Source: the human T2T-CHM13v2.0 reference genome, Homo sapiens
Assembly: GCF_009914755.1 (NCBI RefSeq)
Contig: NC_060948.1
DNA: 64,000 nt
Reading direction: 5' to 3' (one strand)
The position numbers were made by a program, and so were the translations under genes. Each line of letters starts with the position of its first letter. Position 1 is the first letter of the stretch. This document shows positions 28,421 to 42,674 of this stretch, in pieces. Under the pieces are notes generated by a model. The model saw only the letters and a list, made by a program, of their open reading frames with translations, did not search any database and had not been told where the DNA came from.

Positions 28421-31400
28421 TTAAAAAGAATTGAATGGAATAGAACAGAATGGAATCAAATCGAATGAAATGGAATGGAATAGAAAGGAATGGAATGAAA
28501 TGGAATGGAAAGGATTCGAATGGAATGCAATCGAATGGAATGGAATCGAACGGAATGGAATAAAATGGAAGAAAACTGGCAAGAAATGGAATCGAAATGA
28601 ATGGAGTGTTATGGAACGGACTCAAAAGGAATTGAATGTAATAGAATGGAGTGGAGTGGACTCGAATATAATGGACTGGAATGGAATGAAATCACATGGA
28701 ATGGGAACGAATGGAATGGAATGGAAAGGAATGGAATCGAATGGAAAGGAATCGAATGGAAGGGAATGAAATTGAATCAACAGGAATGGAAGGGAATAGA
28801 ATAGACGGTAATGGAATGGACTCGAATAGAATGGACACGAATGCTCAAATTGAATGGACTCGAATGGAATGGAAACGAAAGGAATGTCATCGAATGGAAT
28901 TGAATCGATTGGAATGAAATCGCATAGAATGGAGTGGAATCAAATGGAATTGAATCGAAAGGAAAGGAAGCGAATGGACTGAAATGAAATGGAATGGAAT
29001 TGAATGGAAAGTAATGCAATGGAATAGAATGGAACGAAATTTCACGGAATGGAATCAAACTGAATGGAATCAAGTCAATGGAATCAAATCAAATGGAATG
29101 GAAAGGAATTGAATGGAATAGATTGGATTGGATGGGATTGGAATGAAATGTACTGGAAAGGACTCGAATTTCATGAAACGGAATGGAATGAATTGGAACG
29201 GAATGGACTCGAATGGAATGGAATGTCATGGAATGGCATCAAATGGAATGGCATCAAATGGAATGGAATCGAATGCAATGGAATGCTATGGAATGGAATG
29301 GAATGCATTGGAATGGAATGTCCTCTAATGGAATGGATTCGAGTGGAATGGAATCGAATATAATGGAGTCGAATGAAATGGAATTGAAAGGAATGGGATC
29401 GAATAGAATGGAATATACTGGAATGTAATGTAATGAACTCGAATGTAATTGACTGGAATGGAATGTACATGAATGGAATGTAATCGAATGGAAAGTAATC
29501 CAATGGAATAGAATCTAATGCAATAAAATCGACTCAGATAGAGTAGAATGTAATGGAATGGAGTGCAGTGCAATGGAATGGAATGGAATGGAATGCAATG
29601 GAATGGAAGGCAATGGAATGGAATGGAATGGAATGGAATGGAATGGGATGGAATGGTATGGAATGGATAGTAATGGACTGGAGTGAAATGGACTGGAAAG
29701 GAATGGACTCAAATTGAAAGGGCTCGAAAGGAATGGAGTCAAATGGAATGGTCTGGAATGGAATGAACACGAATGTAATGCAATCCAATAGAATGGAATC
29801 GAATGGCATGGAATATAAATAAATGGAATCGAAGAGAATGGAAACAAATGGAATGGAATTGAATGGAATGGAATTGAATGGAATGGGAACGAATGGAGTG
29901 AAATTGTATGCAGTAGAAGAGAATAGAATGGAATGCAAGCGAAAGGAAAGGAATGGATTGGAATGGAATGGAATTCATTGGAATGGAAGGGAATGTAGTG
30001 TAATGGACAGGCCTGGAATAAAGTGGAATGCTACGGTCTCGAATGGAATAAAAATGTATGGAATGGAATGCAATGAAACGGAATCGAATGTCATAGAATG
30101 TAATGGAATGCAAAAAATGGAATCCAAAGTCATTGACTGGAAAGGCTGGGTGTCGAAAGGAATTGACTCCAATGGAATGGAATCGAATGGAATGGAAGTG
30201 AATAGAATCGAACTAAATCGAATGGAATGGAATTGATAGGAACGGAATGGAAAGGAATGCAATGATTTGGCATGGAATGGAATCGAATGGCATCGAATGG
30301 AATGGAATGGAATGCAATGGAATGGAATGTGTTAGAATGTAATGAACTTTAATGGAATGTACTCGAATGGATTCGACTGGAATGGAATGTTCTGGAAGTG
30401 AATGGACTCCAATGGAATGGATTCAAAAGGAATGGAATCGTACGGAATGGAATCTAATGGAATGGAATTAAATGGAAATGAATCAAATGGAATAGCACGG
30501 AATTGAATTGAATGGAATGGAATGCAATGGAATCTAATGAAACGGAAAGGAAAGGAATGGAATGGAATGGAATGGGCTGGAATGGAAAGGAATCGAAATG
30601 AATGGAATGGAATCGAACTGAAGAGACTGGAATGGAATGCACTGGAATGGAAGGAAGTGTAATGGAAGGTTCTCGAAAAAAATGGAATCGAATGGAATGG
30701 AATTGAATGGAACGGAATAGAGTCGAATGGAATTGAATGGAATGGAATGGACTAGAGTGAAATGGAATAGAACCACAAGGAATGGACAGGAATAGAATGG
30801 TCTCGAATTGAATGGAATCGTATGGAATGGCATCAAACGGAATGGAATGGATAGCCACGGAATGGAATGCACTCGAATGCAATGGAGTCGAAACTAAAGG
30901 ACTGGAATAGAATGGACTCGACTGGTACGGACTCCAATGGAATGGAATCGAATGGAAGGGAATCGAATGGAATGGACTCGAAGGGAAAAGACTGCAATGG
31001 AAAGGTCTCGAATGGAATGGAAATTAATGGAATGGAATGGAATCGAATGAAATGGAGTCAAAAGGAATGGAATCGAATGGCAAGAAATCGAATGTAATGG
31101 AATCACAAGGAATTCATGTGAACGGAACGGAATGGAATGGAATCCAAAGGAATGGAATAGAATGGAATGGAATCGAATGGAAAGGACTCGAATGGAAATC
31201 ACTCGAATAGAATGCAATTTAATAAAATAGGATCAAATGTAATGGAATGGAATGGAAAGGAATCGAAACGAAAGGAATGGAGACAGATGGAATGGAATGG
31301 AACAGAGAGCAATGGTATAGAATGGAATGGAATCATCTGGAATGGAATTGAATGGAATGGAATAATATGAAATGGAATGGAATGGAATGGAATGGAATGG

Positions 31401-31993
31401 AATGCCCTTGAATTAAATGGACTGGAATGGAGTGGCCTCGAACAGAGTGGAATGGAAAGTGTTGAGACAGAATGCAATGGACTCCTTCGGAATGGTGTAG
31501 TATGCAATGCAATCGACTGGCAGGGAATCAAAAGGAATGTAATGGAATGGGTTGGACTGGAATGCAATGGACTCGAATAGATTGGAAACGGAATACAAAG
31601 GAATGGAATGGAATAGTATGGAATGGAATGGAAAGGAATGGAGTGGAATAGTCTAGAGTGGAATGGAATGGACTGGAAAGCAATGGACTGGAATGGAACT
31701 TTCTTGAATGGACTGGAATCAAACGGAATGGAATGCAATGCAATCAAATGGCATGGAATAAAATAGAATGAAAGAGAATCAAATGGAATTGAATCGAATG
31801 GAATCGAATGGATTGGAAAGGAATAGAATGGAATGGAATGGAATTGACTCAAATGGAATGGACTAGAATGGAATGGATTCGAATGGAAGGCAAAGGAATG
31901 GAATCTATTGGAATGGACTGTAATGGAATGGAATGGAAGGGATTGGAATGGACTCGAATGGAATGGACTGCAATAGAAAGGATTCGAATGGAA
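28421..31993 (+). repeat. DYZ1 unit 9 (3573 bp, copy of unit 4)
   Basis: Offset 17798; extra EcoRI at 31110-31115 and HaeIII at 31434-31437, as in unit 4. Confidence 0.9.
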
Positions 31994-34900
31994 TGAAAAA
32001 GAATTGAATGGAATAGAACAGAATGGAATCAAATCGAATTAAATGGAATGGAATAGAAAGGAATGGAATGAAATGGAATGGAAAGGATTCGAATGGAATG
32101 CAATCGAATGGAATGGAATCGAACGGAATGGAATAAAATGGAAGAAAACTGGCAAGAAATGGAATCGAAATGAATGGAGTGTTATGGAACGGACTCAAAA
32201 GGAATTGAATGTAATAGAATGGAGTGGAGTGGACTCGAATATAATGGACTGGAATGGAATGAAATCACATGGAATGGGAACGAATGGAATGGAATGGAAA
32301 GGAATGGAATCGAATGGAAAGGAATCGAATGGAAGGGAATGAAATTGAATCAACAGGAATGGAAGGGAATAGAATAGACGGTAATGGAATGGACTCGAAT
32401 AGAATGGACACGAATGCTCAAATTGAATGGACTCCAATGCAATGGAAACGAAAGGAATGTCATCGAATGGAATTGAATCGATTGGAATGAAATCGCATAG
32501 AATGGAGTGGAATCAAATGGAATTGAATCGAAAGGAAAGGAAGCGAATGGACTGAAATGAAATGGAATGGAATTGAATGGAAAGTAATGCAATGGAATAG
32601 AATGGAACGAAATTTCACGGAATGGAATCAAACTGAATGGAATCAAGTCAATGGAATCAAATCAAATGGAATGGAAAGGAATTGAATGGAGTAGATTGGA
32701 TTGGATGGGATTGGAATGAAATGTACTGGAAAGGACTCGAATTTCATGAAACGGAATGGAATGAATTGGAACGAAATGGACTCGAATGGAATGGAATGTC
32801 ATGGAATGGCATCAAATGGAATGGCATCAAATGGAATGGAATCGAATGCAATGGAATGCTATGGAATGGAATGGAATGCATTGGAATGGAATGTCCTCTA
32901 ATGGAATGGATTCGAGTGGAATGGAATCGAATATAATGGAGTCGAATGAAATGGAATTGAAAGGAATGGGATCGAATAGAATGGAATATACTGGAATGTA
33001 ATGTAATGAACTCGAATGTAATTGACTGGAATGGAATGTACATGAATGGAATGTAATCGAATGGAAAGTAATCCAATGGAATAGAATCTAATGCAATAAA
33101 ATCGACTCAGATAGAGTAGAATGTAATGGAATGGAGTGCAGTGCAATGGAATGGAATGGAATGGAATGCAATGGAATGGAAGGCAATGGAATGGAATGGA
33201 ATGGAATGGAATGGAATGGGATGGAATGGTATGGAATGGATAGTAATGGACTGGAGTGAAATGGACTGGAAAGGAATGGACTCAAATTGAAAGGGCTCGA
33301 AAGGAATGGAGTCAAATGGAATGGTCTGGAATGGAATGAACACGAATGTAATGCAATCCAATAGAACGGAATCGAATGGCATGGAATATAAAGAAATGGA
33401 ATCGAAGAGAATGGAAACAAATGGAATGGAATTGAATGGAATGGAATTGAATGGAATGGGAACGAATGGAGTGAAATTGTATGCAGTAGAAGGGAATAGA
33501 ATGGAATGCAAGCGAAAGGAAAGGAATGGATTGGAATGGAATGGAATTCATTGGAATGGAAGGGAATGTAGTGTAATGGACAGGCCTGGAATAAAGTGGA
33601 ATGCTACGGTCTCGAATGGAATAAAAATGTATGGAATGGAATGCAATGAAACGGAATCGAATGTCATAGAATGTAATGGAATGCAAAAAAATGGAATCCA
33701 AAATCATTGACTGGAAAGGCTGTGTGGCGAAAGGAATTGACTCCAATGGAATGGAATCGAATGCAATGGAAGTGAATAGAATCGAACTAAATCGAATGGA
33801 ATGGAATTGATAGGAACGGAATGGAAAGGAATGCAATGATTTGGCATGGAATGGAATCGAATGGCATCGAATGGAATGGAATGGAATGCAATGGAATGGA
33901 ATGTATTAGAATGTAATGAACTTTAATGGAATGTACTCGAATGGATTCGACTGGAATGGAATGTTCTCGAAGTGAATGGACTCCAATGGAATGGATTCAA
34001 AAGGAATGGAATCGTACGGAATGGAATCTAATGGAATGGAATTAAATGGAAGTGAATCAAATTGAATAGCACGGAATTGAATTGAATGGAATGGAATGCA
34101 ACGGAATCTAATGAAACGGAAAGGAAAGGAATGGAATGGAATGGAATGGGCTGGAATGGAAAGGAATCGAAACGAATGGAATGGAATCGAACTGAAGAGA
34201 CTGGAATGGAATGCACTGGAATGGAAGGGAGTTTAATGGAAGGTTCCCGAAAAAAATGGAATCGAATGGAATGGAATTGAATGGAACGGAATAGAGTCGA
34301 ATGGAATTGAATGGAATGGAATGGACTAGAGTGAAATGGAATCGAACCACAAGGAATGGACAGGAATAGAATGGTCTCGAATTGAATGGAATCGTATGGA
34401 ATGGCATCAAACGGAATGGAATGGACAGCCACGGAATGGAATGCACTCGAATGCAATGGAGTCGAAACTAATGGACTGGAATAGAATGGACTCGACTGGT
34501 ACGGACTCCAATGGAATGGAATCGAATGGAAGGGAATCGAACGGAATGGACTCGAAGGGAAAAGACTGCAAAGGAAAGGTCTCGAATGGAATGGAAATTA
34601 ATGGAATGGAATGGAATCGAATGAAATGGAGTCAAAAGGAATGGAATCGAATGGCAAGAAATCGAATGAAATGGAATCGCAAGGAATTGATGTGAACGGA
34701 ACGGAATGGAATGGAATCCAAAGGAATGGAATAGAATGGAATGGAATCGAATGGAAAGGACTCGAATGGAAATCACTCGAATAGAATGCAATTTAATAAA
34801 ATAGGATCAAATGTAATGGAATGGAATGGAAAGGAATCGAAACGAAAGGAATGGAGACAGATGGAATGGAATGGAACAGAGAGCAATGGTATAGAATGGA

Positions 34901-35562
34901 ATGGAATCATCTGGAATGGAATTGAATGGAATGGAATAATATGAAATGGAATGGAATGGAATGGAATGGAATGCCCTTGAATTAAATGGACTGGAATGGA
35001 ATGGACTCGAACAGAGTGGAATGGAAAGTGTTGAGATAGAATGGAATGGACTCCTTTGGAATGGTGTAGTATGCAATGCAATCGACTGGCAGGGAATCAA
35101 AAGGAATGTAATGGAATGGATTGGACTGGAATGCAATGGACTCGAATAGATTGGAAACGGAATGCAAAGGAATGGAATGGAATAGTATGGAATGGAATGG
35201 AAAGGAATGGAGTGGAATAGACTAGAGTGGAATGGAATGGACTGGAAAGCAATGGACTGGAATGGAACTTTCTTGAATGGACTGGAATCAAACGGAATGG
35301 AATGCAATGCAATCAAATGGCATGGAATAAAATAGAATGAAAGAGAATCAAATGGAATTGAATCGAATGGAATCGAATGGATTGGAAAGGAATAGAATGG
35401 AATGGAATGGAACTGACTCGAATGGAATGGACTAGAATGGAATGGATTCGAATGGAAGGCAAAGGAATGGAATCTATTGGAATGGACTGTAATGGAATGG
35501 AATGGAAAGGATTGGAATGGACTCGAATGGAATGGACTGCAATAGAAAGGATTCGAATGGAA
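31994..35562 (+). repeat. DYZ1 unit 10 (3569 bp, copy of unit 5)
   Basis: Offset 17798; same ORF-track translations as unit 5. Confidence 0.9.
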
Positions 35563-38500
35563 TGAAAAAGAATTGAATGGAATAGAACAGAATGGAATCA
35601 AATCGAATGAAATGGAATGGAATAGAAAGGAATGGAATGAAATGGAATGGAAAGGATTCGAATGGAATGCAATCGAATGGAATGGAATCGAACGGAATGG
35701 AATAAAATGGAAGAAAACTGGCAAGAAATGGAATCGAAATGAATGGAGTGTTATGGAACGGACTCAAAAGGAATTGAATGTAATAGAATGGAGTGGAGTG
35801 GACTCGAATATAATGGACTGGAATGGAATGAAATCACAAGGAATGGGAACGAATGGAATGGAATGGAAAGGAATGGAATCGAATGGAAAGGAATCGAATG
35901 GAAGGGAATGAAATTGAATCAACAGGAATGGAAGGGAATAGAATAGACGGTAATGGAATGGACTCGAATAGAATGGACACGAATGCTCAAATTGAATGGA
36001 CTCGAATGGAATGGAAACGAAAGGAATGTCATCGAATGGAATTGAATGGATTGGAATGAAATCGCATAGAATGGAGTGGAATCAAATGGAATTGAATCGA
36101 AAGGAAAGGAAGCGAATGGACTGAAATGAAATGGAATGGAATTGAATGGAAAGTAATGCAATGGAATAGAATGGAACGAAATTTCACGGAATGGAATCAA
36201 ACTGAATGGAATCAAATCAATGGAATCAAATCAAATGGAATGGAAAGGAATTGAATGGAGTAGATTGGATTGGATGGGATTGGAATGAAATGTACTGGAA
36301 AGGACTCGAATTTCATGAAACGGAATGGAATGAATTGGAACGGAATGGACTCGAATGGAATGGAATGTCATGGAATGGCATCAAATGGAATGGCATCAAA
36401 TGGAATGGAATCGAATGCAATGGAATTCTATGGAATGGAATGGAATGCATTAGAATGGAATGTCCTCTAATGGAATGGATTCGAGTGGAATGGAATCGAA
36501 TATAATGGAGTCGAATGAAATGGAATTGAAAGGAGTGGGATCGAATACAATGGAATATACTGGAATGTAATGTAATGAACTCGAATGTAATTGACTGGAA
36601 TGGAATGTACATGAATGGAATGTAATCGAATGGAAAGTAATCCAATGGAATAGAATCTAATGCAATAAAACCGACTCAGATAGAGTAGAATGTAATGGAA
36701 TGGAGTGCAGTGCAATGGAATGGAATGGAATGGAATGGAATGGAATGGAATGGAATGGAATGGAATGGAATGGAATGGGATGGAATGGGATGGAATGGAT
36801 AGTAATGGACTGGAGTGAAATGGACTGGAAAGGAATGGACTCAAATTGAAAGGGCTCGAAAGGAATGGAGTCAAATGGAATGATCTGGAATGGAATGAAC
36901 ACGAATGTAATGCAATCCAATAGAATGGAATCGAATGGCATGGAACATAAAGAAATGGAATCGAAGAGAATGGAAACAAATGGAATGGAATTGAATGGAA
37001 TGGAATTGAATGGAATGGGAACGAATGGAGTGAAATTGTATGCAGTAGAAGGGAATAGAATGGAATGCAAGCGAAAGGAAAGGAATGGATTGGAATGGAA
37101 TGGAATTCATTGGAATGGAAGGGAATGTAGTGTAATGGACAGGCCTGGAATAAAGTGGAATGCTACGGTCTCGAATGGAATAAAAATGTATGGAATGGAA
37201 TGCAATGAAACGGAATCGAATGTCATAGAATGTAATGGAATGCAAAAAAATGGAATCCAAAATCATTGACTGGAAAGGCTGGGTGTCGAAAGGAATTGAC
37301 TCCAATGGAATGGAATCGAATGGAATGGAAGTGAATAGAATCGAACTAAATCGAATGGAATGGAATTGATAGGAACGGAATGGAAAGGAATGCAATGATT
37401 TGGCATGGAATGGAATCGAATGGCATCGAATGGAATGGAATGGAATGCAATGGAATGGAATGTATTAGAATGTAATGAACTTTAATGGAATGTACTCGAA
37501 TGGATTCGACTGGAATGGAATGTTCTGGAAGTGAATGGACTGCAATGGAATGGATTCAAAAGGAATGGAATCGTACGGAATGGAATCTAATGGAATGGAA
37601 TTAAATGGAAATGAATCAAATTGAATAGCACGGAATTGAATTGAATGGAATGGAATGCAATGGAATCTAATGAAACGGAAAGGAAAGGAATGGAATGGAA
37701 TGGAATGGGCTGGAATGGAAAGGAATCGAAACGAATGGAATGGAATCGAACTGAAGAGACTGGAATGGAATGCACTGGAATGGAAGGGAGTGTAATGGAA
37801 GGTTCTCGAAAAAAATGGAATCGAATGGAATGGAATTGAATGGAACGGAATAGAGTCGAATGGAATTGAATGGAATGGAATGGACTAGAGTGAAATGGAA
37901 TCGAACCACAAGGAATGGACAGGAATAGAATGGTCTCGAATTGAATGGAATCGTATGGAATGGCATCAAACGGAATGGAATGGACAGCCACGGAATGGAA
38001 TGCACTCGAATGCCATGGAGTCGAAACTAATGGACTGGAATAGAATGGACTCGACTGGTACGGACTCCAATGGAATGGAATCGAATGGAAGGGAATCGAA
38101 CGGAATGGACTCGAAGGGAAAAGACTGCAATGGAAAGGTCTCGAATGGAATGGAAATTAATGGAATGGAATGGAATCGAATGAAATGGAGTCAAAAGGAA
38201 TGGAATCGAATGGCAAGAAATCGAATGTAATGGAATCGCAAGGAATTGATGTGAACGGAACGGAATGGAATGGAATCCAAAGGAATGGAATAGAATGGAA
38301 TGGAATCGAATGGAAAGGACTCGAATGGAAATCACTCGAATAGAATGCAATTTAATAAAATAGGATCAAATGTAATGGAATGGAATGGAAAGGAATCGAA
38401 ACGAAAGGAATGGAGACAGATGGAATGGAATGGAACAGAGAGCAATGGTATAGAATGGAATGGAATCATCTGGAATGGAATTGAATGGAATGGAATAATA

Positions 38501-39121
38501 TGAAATGGAATGGAATGGAATGGAATGGAATGCCCTTGAATTAAATGGACTGGAATGGAATGGACTCGAACAGAGTGGAATGGAAAGTGTTGAGATAGAA
38601 TGGAATGGACTCCTTTGGAATGGTGTAGTATGCAATGCAATCGACTGGCAGGGAATCAAAAGGAATGTAATGGAATGGATTGGACTGGAATGCAATGGAC
38701 TCGAATAGATTGGAAACGGAATGCAAAGGAATGGAATGGAATAGTATGGAATGGAATGGAAAGGAATGGAGTGGAATAGACTAGAGTGGAATGGAATGGA
38801 CTGGAAAGCAATGGACTGGAATGGAACTTTCTTGAATGGACTGGAATCAAACGGAATGGAATGCAATGCAATCAAATGGCATGGAATAAAATAGAATGAA
38901 AGAGAATCAAATGGAATTGAATCGAATGGAATCGAATGGATTGGAAAGGAATAGAATGGAATGGAATGGAATTGACTCAAATGGAATGGACTAGAATGGA
39001 ATGGATTCGAATGGAAGGCAAAGGAATGGAATCTATTGGAATGGACTGTAATGGAATGGAATGGAAGGGATTGGAATGGACTCGAATGGAATGGACTGCA
39101 ATAGAAAGGATTCGAATGGAA
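35563..39121 (+). repeat. DYZ1 unit 11 (3559 bp; 5' third is a copy of unit 6)
   Basis: Shares unit 6 variants to 36671 and diverges from ~36738. Confidence 0.9.
36717..36776 (+). repeat. Perfect (GGAAT)12 tract, the longest pure run I noticed
   Basis: Counted directly; the GCAAT interruption seen in the homologous tract of other units is absent. Confidence 0.85.
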
Positions 39122-42100
39122 TGAAAAAGAATTGAATGGAATAGAACAGAATGGAATCAAATCGAATGAAATGGAATGGAATAGAAAGGAATGGAATGAA
39201 ATGGAATGGAAAGGATTCGAATGGAATGCAATCGAATGGAATGGAATCGAACGGAATGGAATAAAATGGAAGAAAACTGGCAAGAAATGGAATCGAAATG
39301 AATGGAGTGTTATGGAACGGACTCAAAAGGAATTGAATATAATAGAATGGAGTGGAGTGGACTCGAATATAATGGACTGGAATGGAATGAAATCACATGG
39401 AATGGGAACGAATGGAATGGAATGGAAAGGAATGGAATCGAATGGAAAGGAATCGAATGGAAGGGAATGAAATTGAATCAACAGGAAAGGAAGGGAATAG
39501 AATAGACGGTAATGGAATGGACTCGAATAGAATGGACACGAATGCTCAAATTGAATGGACTCGAATGGAATGGAAACGAAAGGAATGTCATCGAATGGAA
39601 TTGAATCGATTGGAATGAAATCGCATAGAATGGAGTGGAATCAAATGGAATTGAATCGAAAGGAAAGGAAGCGAATGGACTGAAATGAAATGGAATGGAA
39701 TTGAATTGAAAGTAATGCAATGGAATAGAATGGAACGAAATTTCACGGAATGGAATCAAACTGAATGGAATCAAATCAATGGAATCTAATCAAAGGAATG
39801 GAAAGGAATTGAATGGAGTAGATTGGATTGGATGGGATTGGAATGAAATGTACTGGAAAGGACTCGAATTTCATGAAACGGAATGGAATGAATTGGAACG
39901 GAATGGACTCGAATGGAATGGAATGTCATGGAATGGCATCAAATGGAATGGCATCAAATGGAATGGAATCGAATGCAATGGAATGCTATGGAATGGAATG
40001 GAATGCATTGGAATGGAATGTCCTCTAATGGAATGGATTCGAGTGGAATGGAATCGAATATAATGGAGTCGAATGAAATGGAATTGAAATGAATGGGATC
40101 GAATTCAATGGAATATACAGCAATGTAATGTAATGAACTCGAATGTAATTGACTGGAATGGAATGTACATGAATGGAATGTAATCGAATGGAAAGTAATC
40201 CAATGGAATAGAATCTAATGCAATAAAATCGACTCAGATAGAGTAGAATGTAATGGAATGGAGTGCAGTGCAATGGAATGGAATGGAATGGAATGCAATG
40301 GAATGGAATGGAATGGAATGGAATGGAATGGAATGGAATGGAATGGGATGGAATGGTATGGAATGGATAGTAATGGACTGGAGTGAAATGGACTGGAAAG
40401 GAATGGACTCAAATTGAAAGGGCTCGAAAGGAATGCAGTCAAATGCAATGGTCTGCAATGGAATGAACACGAATGTATTGCAATCCAATAGAATGGAATC
40501 GAATGGCATGGAATATAAAGAAATGGAATCGAAGAGAATGGAAACAAATGGAATGGAATTGAATGGAATGGAATTGAATAGAATGGGAACGAATGGAATG
40601 AAATTGTATGCAGTAGAAGAGAATAGAATGGAATGCAAGCGAAAGGAAAGGAATGGATTGGAATGGAATGGAATTCATTGGAATGCAAGGGAATGTAGTG
40701 TAATGGACAGGCCTGGAATAAAGTGGAATGCTACGGTCTCGAATGGAATAAAAATGTATGGAATGGAATGCAATGAAACGGAATCGAATGTCATAGAATG
40801 TAATGGAATGCAACAAAATGGAATCCAAAATCATTGACTGGAAAGGCTGGGAGTCGAAAGGAATTGACTCCAATGGAATGGAATCAAATGGAATGGAAGT
40901 GAATAGAATCGAACTAAATCGAATGGAATGGAATTGATAGGAACGGAATGGAAAGGAATGCAATGATTTGGCATGGAATGGAATCGAATGGCATCGAATG
41001 GAATGGAATGGAATGCAATGGAATGGAATATATTAGAATGTAATGAACTTTAATGGAATGTACTCGAATGGATTCGACTGGAATGGAATGTTCTGGAAGT
41101 GAATGGACTCCAATGGAATGGATTCAAAAGGAATGGAATCGTACGGAATGGAATCTAATGGAATGGAATTAAATGGAAATGAATCAAATTGAATAGCACG
41201 GAATTGAATTGAATGGAATGGAATGCAATGGAATCTAATGAAACGGAAAGGAAAGGAATGGAATGGAATGGAATGGGCTGGAATGGAAAGGAATCGAAAC
41301 GAATGGAATGGAATCGAACTGAAGAGACTGGAATGGAATGCACTGGAATGGAAGGGAGTGTAATGGAAGGTTCTCGAAAAAAATGGAATCGAATGGAATG
41401 GAATTGAATGGAACGGAATAGAGTCGAATGGAATTGAATGGAATGGAATGGACTAGAGTGAAATGGAATCAAACCACAAGGAATGGACAGGAATAGAATG
41501 GTCTCGAATTGAATGGAATCGTATGGAATGGCATCAAACGGAATGGAATGGACAGCCACGGAATGGAATGCACTCGAATGCAATGGAGTCGAAACTAATG
41601 GACTGGAATAGAATGGACTCGACTGGTACGGACTCCAATGGAATGGAATCGAATGGAAGGGAATCGAACGGAATGGACTCGAAGGGAAAAGACTGCAATG
41701 GAAAGGTCTCGAATGGAATGGAAATTAATGGAATGGAATGGAATCGAATGAAAAGGAGTCAAAAGGAATGGAATCGAATGGCAAGAAATCGAATGTAATG
41801 GAATCGCAAGGAATTGATGTGAACGGAACGGAATGGAATGGAATCCAAAGGAATGGAATAGAATGGAATGGAATCGAATGGAAAGGACTCGAATGGAAAT
41901 CACTCGAATAGAATGCAATTTAATAAAATAGGATCAAATGTAATGGAATGGAATGGAAAGGAATCGAAACGAAAGGAATGGAGACAGATGGAATGGAATG
42001 GAACAGAGAGCAATGGTATAGAATGGAATGGAATCATCTGGAATGGAATTGAATGGAATGGAATAATATGAAATGGAATGGAATGGAATGGAATGAAATG

Positions 42101-42674
42101 CCCTTGAATTAAATGGACTGGAATGGAATGGACTCGAACAGAGTGGAATGGAAAGTGTTGAGATAGAATGGAATGGACTCCTTTGGAATGGTGTAGTATG
42201 CAATGCAATCGACTGGCAGGGAATCAAAAGGAATGTAATGGAATGGATTGGACTGGAATGCAATGGACTCGAATAGATTGGAAACGGAATGCAAAGGAAT
42301 GGAATGGAATAGTATGGAATGGAATGGAAAGGAATGGAGTGGAATAGACTAGAGTGGAATGGAATGGACTGGAAAGCAATGGACTGGAATGGAACTTTCT
42401 TGAATGGACTGGAATCAAACGGAATGGAATGCAATGCAATCAAATGGCATGGAATAAAATAGAATGAAAGAGAATCAAATGGAATTGAATCGAATGGAAT
42501 CGAATGGATTGGAAAGGAATAGAATGGAATGGAATGGAATGGACTAGAATGGAATGGATTCGAATGGAAGGCAAAGGAATGGAATCTATTGGAATGGACT
42601 GTAATGGAATGGAATGGAAGGGATTGGAATGGACTCGAATGGAATGGACTGCAATAGAAAGGATTCGAATGGAA
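39122..42674 (+). repeat. DYZ1 unit 12 (3553 bp)
   Basis: 1-bp deletion at ~39794, clustered private substitutions at 40090-40690, 15-bp deletion near 42540. Confidence 0.9.

Noticed and set aside
10623-36738. A regular 5-unit (17,798 bp) higher-order repeat
   Set aside because: That offset holds only for units 4-6 versus 9-11. Units 7 and 8 match units 1 and 2 at 21,337, so a 6-unit duplication with a one-unit indel fits better.
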